From NCBI GenBank assembly GCA_001782675.1, contig MFPJ01000020.1, forward strand, positions 1 through 24,000: a stretch of 24,000 nt of DNA. The letters run 5' to 3'. The notes under the pieces were generated by a model, which did no database searches, had not been told where the DNA came from, and worked only from the letters and a program-made list of their open reading frames with translations. Below are positions 8,301 through 14,322 of the stretch, piece after piece. A program made the position numbers and the translations under genes. Source of the DNA: Candidatus Levybacteria bacterium RIFCSPLOWO2_12_FULL_39_17. Lineage in GTDB: Bacteria > Patescibacteriota > Microgenomatia > Levybacterales > GWA1-39-11. Numbering within the stretch: position 1 is the stretch's first letter; the number at the start of each line of letters is the position of its first letter.

Positions 8301-8857
8301 ATTATGAAAAATATTAAAGAACGAGGACTTTGTTTTTTAATAAAACAAAGGGCGGACAATAGCAGCCAGGGGAGGGCGGCAAAATGAGTGATGAAAGGTT
8401 CAAATGGAACATAAAAATTTTGAATAGTCCCAAGATTAAGGGTATAAAAAATTCCCGCAACCAGAGCGGGAATTTTAGTATTCCGTATTCTGTATTCCGT
8501 ATTCTGTATTCTATTTAGGATATAGCTTGAGAGGAAATAAGTTCCTATTCCTCCTAAGAAAAGTGTTAAGAAAACAAAGAAGGGTCTTAGAAGATTGAGC
8601 GGTAGAATCAGGGAAGCAAACAAAAGAATGAGTTGATGGACAATGTCCGCGGCATGCCCGTTTCCCGGAGCAAGCCCCAAACCTTGATACTCTTGCCACC
8701 CTGAGAAAATAGAACGGCCAATGTTGGTTTTGAAATCAAACTCAGGCAAAAGGTTATCCCATCCAACAAGAAACTTATCCGGAGAAAAATTATTAATTAG
8801 AAGAAGCAGGAAGATAAAAGAAATTACAAGAAGAGGCAGTGCGTGTTTTTTCATCAT
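5339..8857 (-). CDS. large polytopic membrane protein, YfhO-like/GT-C-like, with C-terminal extracytoplasmic region
   Basis: Many TM segments, 'PFEPFITHFAALPWLLLSALCF', late 'SYDPGWRAYSVQ' motif typical of YfhO-like proteins; 4-nt-type overlap with the upstream glycosyltransferase gene. Confidence 0.7.
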   Translation of the reverse strand: MMKKHALPLLVISFIFLLLLINNFSPDKFLVGWDNLLPEFDFKTNIGRSIFSGWQEYQGLGLAPGNGHAADIVHQLILLFASLILPLNLLRPFFVFLTLFLGGIGTYFLSSYILNRIQNTEYRIRNTKIPALVAGIFYTLNLGTIQNFYVPFEPFITHFAALPWLLLSALCFIKKQSPRSLIFFIIVNILAIPQGQVPTVFIVYISALLIVLFNVGIRTRQYPASIKVLLITFILNAFWLLPFLFFTLTNAQVVFDAKINQMATENVVLQNKEFGGFVDTMLLKGFWFNNVDPNLNGDFDYMLAPWRNHFSNPYIVLAGLMLFGIMLLGFFSVILNWKLEIARPASLGEAGGNWKFKAAFAALFLFSFTMLATNTFPFSFIDEIFRKIPLFEQVFRFPFTKFSILAALSYSVMLALGISIILKFLDDRIWKIGDGGRSLKIEDRKLNYPLLSIFKKLSSIIYFLPSVVIIAIIFLIALPAFQGHLFYDKSRINIPKEYFDTFEFFKKQDQNTRIANLPQPTFWGWNFYRWGYGGSGFLWYGIKQPILDRAFDVWSQTSENYYYELSSALYSRNPKALQDIFNKYQISFILLDKNIIYPNSPKSLFYAETEELLSKIPNIQGVAQFGNIKIYKLETKDKVNSFIYTKGQLPQIDSPFWKSSDLAYSTFGNYVSVKCQLPALSGVEVSDVSCQMYPFGSLFSLKTEKEKEFTLENQKDFIEVSGDIEVKKDSFLKIPSFFKSQKSIAFEISTILDNDGNTVISAAIKTPGVFLDRQKMWEEAFDFPLFILPKGTKYPVSLNINGVSNLKIDKEAENERQRKGASFLTGLEDNFVVLSGQGISKTQEIKAQIFDNLYRGEVMVPVSLGKHRLSIVVPKIDDDYISYKASIEELNIKDCDFWRSGKNTSDTSNGLVLLTSNNSSICASFYSSSILHDEAYAIFVKSKNFSGRPFHFWVLNEDQWYAPIDTYLARAKNQKSAEEVSFYVLPPMEENGRGYSFHFDNISIGKQTVSNRLSGLEIYPIPFNFITGIGIDSAKPFVKTETEGAKIESVNHPQESFYQVSLSNSEHPTTFILSQSYDPGWRAYSVQSSKLKVKSFLNSAFPFWFGNEIKEHVEVNGWANGWLIEKSKIKNQRSKIIIVFLPQYLEYAGFALLGLFGVIGGIKGITSIRSIK

Positions 8858-10566
8858 ACATATATGCGGTAATTTAATATTGGTATAAAAAAGAACCTTT
8901 TTGTTTTGACAGGTTCGGTTGTTAACACTTTATCATAAGATGCCGCAAGTTTCTTAAAGGACCTTTTATTAGCAAGAAGAGTGCTTAATTCCTTAAGTTT
9001 TTTGTATTGTCTTCTTTCAAGTGATAGTCTTATTTTCTTGATAAGGCTTTTTTGGTTAAGCCGGAACAGAAGGTCTTTTTTTGTTAGGCCTATTTTTTTT
9101 ATTGATTCTTCTATATCCCGGCTATGCAGAATGTCTCCTAAAGCTTCAGAGAGAAGGAATGGTTTGTTAAAAGCAAGCGCAAAAGACAATGGACCGGAGG
9201 ATGAGATAAAAGCTCTATATGGTAGAACAACTAAATCGGAAGCGCTAAAGTAGAGAGGTATATCCTTTTCTTCCACGAAGCCTGTAAATTTTACATTGGA
9301 AGGTGCTTTTTTCATCATGTTTTGTATTGTAGTTATAAATTTTTTGTAGTGGGGCTTTTTTTCTTGAGTAAAACTTGGCCCCCCGGCAATAATAAGTTTT
9401 ATCTTTTTCCCATTGAGCCTTTTTTTCCCAATGAATGTCCTTATAAGGAAGTCAACTCCTTTATACCAGGTTAGGTAACCAAAATAGAGAATTATTATTT
9501 CGTCCTCAATACCCAATAACTTTCTTGCCGCGCGTTTTTTAAGATTATGCATTTGAACTTTCGGAACTCCATGAGGAACAAAATGCACTTTCTCAGGCCT
9601 GACAATTGTTGAAATCCGTTCTCTTAAGTCTTCCTCAAGTACTACAATATTCTTTGCGGGATATGAGAGTAACCTGTAATAAAGCATAAGAGCAGGATTA
9701 AATATATATGAAAGAATTTTTCTGGAGGAGATTCCTATATGCCCCCCCAGTTTATTCAGGTCAAGAACAACCTGATGGACAACAATAGTTACATCTTTTC
9801 TTAAAAAGTAAAGAGACCAGACCAGTGGCAGGATTGCAAGAGTTGCTTTGGTGTCTCCAAAAGATGCAAATTCAAATTCAATAAGCACTTTACGCGTCAC
9901 ATTAAATAATCTTATTTTTTTAAAAAGGTCAAAATATGAAAAAGGGTTATTTCTCCTAAAACAACGCACAACAAGTATTCCGTTTTCTTCATAAACTTCC
10001 TCTTTATCAAGTACCATTGTTAAAACTATAATTTTTTTGAATTTTTGTATTTTGGAAAGCGAGGAAATTGTGTTTTTTGTAAAAGATGCCACTGCACAAA
10101 CCCCATTGCTGTAGGTTTCTTGTTTCTTTGGGTAACTTGAAATAACCAAAAGGGATTCCGGTTTGTTGTAATTTTTTATTAATTTTTCAATATTTTCCTC
10201 TTGGGCTAAGCTATTTTTGTTTGGAACTTTCTTTATTTTTAATTTATTCAATTCCTGTTTTAAATTTGAGAGGTCTTTATTTAAAAGAATAGTGTAGTGA
10301 GATTTGGAAGCTTTTAAACCTTCAAGGAAAACTTTTTTTGCCGGAAGTTTGGTTTTATAGCTAATTATCGAAATATTTATGTTCCCATTTTCCCGGGCAA
10401 AATCCGCAAGCTTTAAAAAAGTTTTGTCAGTTGATCCGTTATCAACAAATATTACTTCGGAAAGCCCAAGTCCACGGGGTAATTCCACCTCTTTCAAGGC
10501 TTCGAATATTTTCTTAAGTCTTTTTTTCTCGTTGTGAACGGGAATGATGAAACTTATGCTTCGCAT
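8854..10566 (-). CDS. bifunctional-looking glycosyltransferase: N-terminal GT2-like segment fused to GT4-like glycosyltransferase
   Basis: N-term 'SISFIIPVHNEKKRLKKIFEAL...VIFVDNGSTDKTF' (GT2); C-term 'KVHFVPHGVP...LLGIEDEIIILYFGYLTWYKGVDFLIRTF...' and 'YFSASDLVVLPYRAFISSSGPLSFALAFNKPFLLS' (GT4). ATG at 10566 preferred over the track start. Confidence 0.75.
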   Translation of the reverse strand: MRSISFIIPVHNEKKRLKKIFEALKEVELPRGLGLSEVIFVDNGSTDKTFLKLADFARENGNINISIISYKTKLPAKKVFLEGLKASKSHYTILLNKDLSNLKQELNKLKIKKVPNKNSLAQEENIEKLIKNYNKPESLLVISSYPKKQETYSNGVCAVASFTKNTISSLSKIQKFKKIIVLTMVLDKEEVYEENGILVVRCFRRNNPFSYFDLFKKIRLFNVTRKVLIEFEFASFGDTKATLAILPLVWSLYFLRKDVTIVVHQVVLDLNKLGGHIGISSRKILSYIFNPALMLYYRLLSYPAKNIVVLEEDLRERISTIVRPEKVHFVPHGVPKVQMHNLKKRAARKLLGIEDEIIILYFGYLTWYKGVDFLIRTFIGKKRLNGKKIKLIIAGGPSFTQEKKPHYKKFITTIQNMMKKAPSNVKFTGFVEEKDIPLYFSASDLVVLPYRAFISSSGPLSFALAFNKPFLLSEALGDILHSRDIEESIKKIGLTKKDLLFRLNQKSLIKKIRLSLERRQYKKLKELSTLLANKRSFKKLAASYDKVLTTEPVKTKRFFFIPILNYRIYV

Positions 10567-10569
10567 ATA

Positions 10570-10672
10570 AATCAAAAATTAAAAGTTAAAAATTCAAAAT
10601 TACAATTCAAAGTTCAAAATTTTAAATTTTAAACTGCAACTTTTAACTTTGTACTTTGAACTTTTAACTACT
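10570..10672. repeat. AT-rich 7-nt-periodic tract (AAAGTTC/AAAGTTA-type units) with inverted halves
   Basis: tcaaaaattaaaagttaaaaattcaaaattacaattcaaagttcaaaattttaaattttaaactgcaacttttaactttgtactttgaacttttaac. Confidence 0.7.
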
Positions 10673-10734
10673 CTTAAGACCACCAGTTTGACTGTTGGGC
10701 TTAAGAGTAAAGGTATACAGGATGGGTAGAAGTT

Positions 10735-10751
10735 GTTCGCGTGAAGCGAAC
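10735..10751. other. short perfect hairpin at the 3' boundary of the GC-rich block
   Basis: GTTCGC gtgaa GCGAAC. Confidence 0.4.
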
Positions 10752-10877
10752 GGATCGTCGATTGACGAAACTTCCACTCCACACGAGCGTACTTTACTCC
10801 TCTGAGCCAAATCGTTCACGATCATCTTTTGCCTCGCATGCAATACGCAAGGTTTGGATGTTCGATTCACGATCGAT

Positions 10878-11036
10878 TCAGGCTAATAGGCGAATGGAGA
10901 GGTAAATGAGGAAGAAAAGGGCTCCTATGCCACCTCCCAGAACCCACTCTATGAGCGTCCTTATAGTTCCTAGCTCTTTGGCTATATGCCTGAGCAATTC
11001 CTGCTCGGTCATTTCCTCGACCTTCTTCCTGGTCAT
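10878..11036 (-). CDS. small single-TM protein (52 aa)
   Basis: MTRKKVEEMTEQELLRHIAKELGTIRTLIEWVLGGGIGALFFLIYLSIRLLA, with GGAGGAGACAATAATG start context; shorter than the 164-aa track ORF. Confidence 0.7.
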   Translation of the reverse strand: MTRKKVEEMTEQELLRHIAKELGTIRTLIEWVLGGGIGALFFLIYLSIRLLA

Positions 11037-11208
11037 TATTGTCTCCTCCTTTGAGAGACTTGGTTCGAACCTTGACGATATTTTCCCAACGGGATGTGCC
11101 GAATGGCGCGTCCCCGAAGGGAAGGAGTGATCCCGACAAATCGGGATTAGTTCAAGTTTCCGACTCGAACCGTCAACGCTCCCTTGTAATGAGCTGGAAG
11201 GAGGGCTG

Positions 11209-11865
11209 TTACGGCGCCGCCATGACCTCGCACGGATGCGTCTGGCCATCATCCCACTTAGGAATAGCCATTTTGGCCTGCAGCTTCTGTGCGTTTTCCC
11301 GCGTGCCCGGCTCGTTCCAGACGGTTGCGCCTTGGACTCCCATGGGTACGACGAACGCAAAGCACTGGGCATTCTTGCCCGGCTTCGTGTCGAAGTATCC
11401 TTCTGCGAGGGAGCCCTTAGGGTTCAGGAGGATCGAGAACGGTTCTTCCCGGAGATGCCATCCGCCAGGATCAGCAGTCGGTTCCCAACGAGAGGCATCG
11501 CCCCCGAAGAGAGATGCTGCTTCCTGCGCCGTCTTTGGAAAAGCGGCCGTTGCTTGCGTGCCGGTGGTGGTCGTCGTGGTCGTCCCTTGCCTAGGAGCTT
11601 GGGTTGGCGCCGGGGCCCGTGTGGTCGCCGGAGCCGGGCTGGGCGTGGGCTGAGCTACCCGGTTGCAGTCGCTCAAGTTTTGAACCTGGCGGCCGTCCTG
11701 GCAGACATAAGTTATGCCCTTGCCACTGTTGTCCTCGCCAACTTCCCAGATGGGATAACCTAGGGCAAAGCCCGGCCAGACAAAGAGCAGGACAACGACG
11801 AATGTCACTGCTGCAGGGAGCCATTGACTCCACCGGAAACCTTGGGGTTGAGCTTGCTGTGCCAC
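11209..11865 (-). CDS. hypothetical membrane-anchored/secreted protein with Pro/Thr-rich linker
   Basis: GTG start with AAAGGAGG SD; N-terminal TM 'WLPAAVTFVVVLLFVWPGFALG'; linker 'PTPSPAPATTRAPAPTQAPRQGTTTTTTTGTQA'. Confidence 0.75.
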   Translation of the reverse strand: MAQQAQPQGFRWSQWLPAAVTFVVVLLFVWPGFALGYPIWEVGEDNSGKGITYVCQDGRQVQNLSDCNRVAQPTPSPAPATTRAPAPTQAPRQGTTTTTTTGTQATAAFPKTAQEAASLFGGDASRWEPTADPGGWHLREEPFSILLNPKGSLAEGYFDTKPGKNAQCFAFVVPMGVQGATVWNEPGTRENAQKLQAKMAIPKWDDGQTHPCEVMAAP

Positions 11866-11928
11866 CTTTTGCCTCCTTTAGACTGAACTGAACTCTCATC
11901 CGATGAATCGGAGGGCAGGCTGTCCGAG

Positions 11929-12016
11929 TTTGCCGCCGATTTTACCCCGCACAAAGCAAGGAATTTTTATTACGGCGCGCTATTCAGTTTGCGTGTCAGG
12001 TCCATGTCATGTGCGT
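11929..12016. repeat. 88-bp perfect direct repeat, copy A
   Basis: Identical to 13111-13198 by visual alignment: tttgccgccgattttaccccgcacaaagcaaggaatttttattacggcgcgctattcagtttgcgtgtcaggtccatgtcatgtgcgt. Confidence 0.95.
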
Positions 12017-12029
12017 TTTCCTTCTTTAC

Positions 12030-12581
12030 TCACCTTCTTGTTGTTGTCTCCACCAGGATAGGGGCAGCTTCCAACCGTAGTGGCTGGTCGCTTGAGAAAA
12101 ACAGTACACCTGGCGAAAGCGAGATCATCGCGTTCGTGGCGTAGTCGAAGAAGAAGAATCCGCAGTTAGCGGATGCACCTGCGCCACCGTAGTAGATACC
12201 ATCGAGGGATGGGGCAGTTAGTACCACCTTGCCGTTAGTCGTGCTGTCTACCACCTCGGTCGAGGACAGGAAGTTGCACGTGCTGATCGGCACCGTCTTG
12301 GTCACGTAGTAGCCAACGACGTTGCCATTTTGGCCTAAGATGTAAGTATACCACGGATGGTTGATCAGGTCTTCACGCTCAGTGAACTCCACTAGGGCCT
12401 TGCGGAGCGGGAAGTTCTGTGGTTGGGGCAGAGGCGCAATGGCTTCGGCGTTGGCGAAGACCTCTGTTCGTGCCTTTATGCTCGCCTCACGCTGCTGTGT
12501 GGGGGTCGGCTTGGGGCCGCAGGCAAAGCTCCCAAGAGCCAGCCCAAGTAGAGCAAGTGCTATAATTACCTGCTTCCACAT
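12030..12581 (-). CDS. hypothetical lipoprotein
   Basis: Signal peptide with lipobox-like end 'MWKQVIIALALLGLALGSFAC'; GGAGG upstream of the start. Confidence 0.75.
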   Translation of the reverse strand: MWKQVIIALALLGLALGSFACGPKPTPTQQREASIKARTEVFANAEAIAPLPQPQNFPLRKALVEFTEREDLINHPWYTYILGQNGNVVGYYVTKTVPISTCNFLSSTEVVDSTTNGKVVLTAPSLDGIYYGGAGASANCGFFFFDYATNAMISLSPGVLFFSSDQPLRLEAAPILVETTTRR

Positions 12582-13087
12582 GACGTTTTACCTCCTTCCG
12601 GATAACCATTGTCAGGAATTTGGAATGGTAGGTCGTTGTCTCGGAACTGTCCTATCGTGTAGTCCTTTCTGGCGTCGCCGTTGTACTTGGCGATTGCCTG
12701 TCCATGAGCTGATTGGACACCGGCTATGTTTTGGTTGATGCGGGCACGATCTGCTGTGGTCTCAGCCGTCTTCAGTTGCTCGAATGAGGCGTCCAGACTT
12801 TTCTCGAGGCCTTGGATTCCTGCGCACTGGTTGAAGAATGTCTGGTAGGCGCTGATGCGGAACTCGGCAGATTGGATCTGCTTACGTGCTTCACCGCGGC
12901 CAAATATATCAGCCGTACCAACTCCGAACGCCCACAGACCGATTGAGATGGAACCGGCCAGGACTATCAGCAAGATGAGCAGTCCCCAGCCTTTGAACAT
13001 CCAGCCGATCACATCGCCCATGCCTGGATCTCTATATGGGTTGCTCACTGACTTGTTCCCCCTTCTAGGGTCTCTCCACATTCTCAC
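12566..13087 (-). CDS. hypothetical single-TM protein
   Basis: TM 'GWGLLILLIVLAGSISIGLWAFG'; overlaps the next gene start (12581). ATG at 13081 is an alternative to GTG at 13087. Confidence 0.7.
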   Translation of the reverse strand: MRMWRDPRRGNKSVSNPYRDPGMGDVIGWMFKGWGLLILLIVLAGSISIGLWAFGVGTADIFGRGEARKQIQSAEFRISAYQTFFNQCAGIQGLEKSLDASFEQLKTAETTADRARINQNIAGVQSAHGQAIAKYNGDARKDYTIGQFRDNDLPFQIPDNGYPEGGKTSCGSR

Positions 13088-13110
13088 GTGAAGGCTAATG
13101 CCTGCCGATA

Positions 13111-13198
13111 TTTGCCGCCGATTTTACCCCGCACAAAGCAAGGAATTTTTATTACGGCGCGCTATTCAGTTTGCGTGTCAGGTCCATGTCATGTGCGT
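13111..13198. repeat. 88-bp perfect direct repeat, copy B
   Basis: Identical to 11929-12016, period 1182 bp. Confidence 0.95.
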
Positions 13199-13205
13199 CC
13201 TCCTC

Positions 13206-13385
13206 CTAATGTATGTCAGTTCGTCTTGTGCCTGGCTTAGGGTGATGGCGACCTCGCTTCTTAGATCTTGGAAAATAGCCCGGACGCCACTCGCGTTTTT
13301 CTTGACGACCGTCTTTTCCTGGTTTTATCCTGGGATCCCTATTATAACGAATTCGACGTGACTTATTTCTTTTGTTAGTAGCCAT
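13206..13385 (-). CDS. small highly basic protein (59 aa), absent from the ORF track
   Basis: Manual translation: MATNKRNKSRRIRYNRDPRIKPGKDGRQEKREWRPGYFPRSKKRGRHHPKPGTRRTDIH*, with AAGGAGGCAGAATG start context. Confidence 0.6.
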   Translation of the reverse strand: MATNKRNKSRRIRYNRDPRIKPGKDGRQEKREWRPGYFPRSKKRGRHHPKPGTRRTDIH

Positions 13386-13426
13386 TCTGCCTCCTTGCGG
13401 GTTCTCCGATTATTCGGTTGTCCCAG

Positions 13427-13600
13427 TTACGTCCCAAGAAAGATAGCCGTGATCGTACCTCCTATCATCATCAACAAGATGATGGCCTGTAACCATCGCT
13501 CATTGCTTCCTATGGTAGTCACCATTCCCCTCCTTCGCCTAGGCTTGAACTGTCTCCTGGGTACTGCCATGGTTCGGGTCCGCCTGAATGACCTTTTCAT
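13427..13600 (-). CDS. small basic single-TM protein (57 aa)
   Basis: MKRSFRRTRTMAVPRRQFKPRRRRGMVTTIGSNERWLQAIILLMMIGGTITAIFLGT; GGAGGAAAGG directly before ATG favours the 13600 start over 13612. Confidence 0.65.
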   Translation of the reverse strand: MKRSFRRTRTMAVPRRQFKPRRRRGMVTTIGSNERWLQAIILLMMIGGTITAIFLGT

Positions 13601-13752
13601 CCTTTCCTCCATATATTAAAACTCAGATTCCCAAAGACCGCGAATCCTATTCCTACCAGAAGCGTGGTGTCTCTCCCTCCACTATAAGATATAACTATCC
13701 CCAAACCAAAGAGAAAAATACCGAGGTAGCTCAAGAGTTGCCACATATACAT
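13597..13752 (-). CDS. small two-TM protein (51 aa), absent from the ORF track
   Basis: Manual translation: MYMWQLLSYLGIFLFGLGIVISYSGGRDTTLLVGIGFAVFGNLSFNIWRKG*; SD TATAGGAGGAGAAAATG; ATGA overlap with the next gene. Confidence 0.7.
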   Translation of the reverse strand: MYMWQLLSYLGIFLFGLGIVISYSGGRDTTLLVGIGFAVFGNLSFNIWRKG

Positions 13753-13787
13753 TTTCTCCTCCTATATATTTGAATATCTCTCGACAA

Positions 13788-13844
13788 GTGTCGGAGATCG
13801 CGCACCGTGCGCAGTTTCATCCCACGGTACGCGGTACCCGACAC
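13788..13844. promoter_or_regulatory. structured leader upstream of the small-protein operon
   Basis: Outer stem GTGTCGG (13788-13794)/CCGACAC (13838-13844) enclosing hairpins GCGCA-ccg-TGCGC (13800-13812) and GGTAC-gcg-GTACC (13826-13838); the last overlaps the outer stem by one base. Confidence 0.45.
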
Positions 13845-13853
13845 CTGAAGTAG

Positions 13854-13872
13854 AACCGCTTTTAGAGCGGTT
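13854..13872. other. perfect hairpin AACCGCT-tttag-AGCGGTT
   Basis: Read directly; lies between the leader structure and the palindrome at 13876-13913. Confidence 0.5.
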
Positions 13873-13875
13873 AAT

Positions 13876-13913
13876 CCCACATTAACTTCCACGATCGTGA
13901 AGGTTTGTGTGGG
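13876..13913. promoter_or_regulatory. 38-bp palindrome, family CCACGATCGTG, copy 1
   Basis: CCCACATTAACTTCCACGATCGTGAAGGTTTGTGTGGG; 15 of 19 half-site positions complementary, plus two T.G. Confidence 0.75.
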
Positions 13914-14141
13914 TTTTGCCTATTTAATTAAAAATTTATCCGTTTTTCGTCCTTTTCAGCCAGAGGCTGATCCGCCTTTGGCGGAAAAAAGCAGGACTAC
14001 GCAAACGAATAATTTTCCTGTATACCTTTTGTTAAAGAACAACCTAGCAACTAGATACTAGATAATAGCTACTAGTCATGCTTTTAGACTTGAGCTAGCC
14101 CTATGTCTATCGCTAGGAAAATTTCCTTCCTTAAGGTTATA

Positions 14142-14188
14142 CATGTCATCGCGAAACAAAGATTCTTTGCTTCGCTCAGAATGACAAT
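14142..14188. repeat. REP-like palindromic element
   Basis: acatgtcatcgcgaaacaaagattctttgcttcgctcagaatgacaat; inverted ATGTCAT/ATGACA ends and a GCTTCGCTCAGAATGACA core of a type commonly seen as a dispersed repeat. Confidence 0.5.
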
Positions 14189-14322
14189 CACCTTTTAAGG
14201 TCGGGGAGAGTGGTTTCAGTGTTGTTTTGAATTGGGGCGGTTAGGGGTGTTTGGGGTTTTGGTGGATTTATTAGCCTGAAACTGCTTTCTCCTGCCTCAA
14301 GGAGCAATCCCGCAAAGCGGGA

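Noticed and set aside
10681-10870. tRNA or other known RNA around the island edge
   Set aside because: Short hairpins are present but no cloverleaf, T-loop (GGTTCRANYCC) or other known signature was found.
10867-11891. Several long ORFs (10867-11139, 10906-11130, 11039-11653, 11236-11763, 11591-11899, 11604-11891, extended 10878-11372)
   Set aside because: GC-rich DNA yields long spurious frames; the 52-aa and 218-aa minus ORFs have SDs and sensible TM/linker composition and explain the region.
11929-13198. The 88-bp repeats as CRISPR or transposon terminal repeats
   Set aside because: Only two copies, 1182 bp apart, in direct orientation, with non-transposase genes between; no target-site duplication identified.
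12361-13619. Plus ORFs 12361-12738, 12855-13091, 13098-13361 and 13395-13619
   Set aside because: Antisense to the minus-strand operon genes; no SDs or protein-like features seen.
13968-13988. TCCGCCTTTGGCGGAAAAAA as an intrinsic terminator
   Set aside because: The stem is followed by A, not T, on the plus strand, and on the minus strand the T run precedes the stem.
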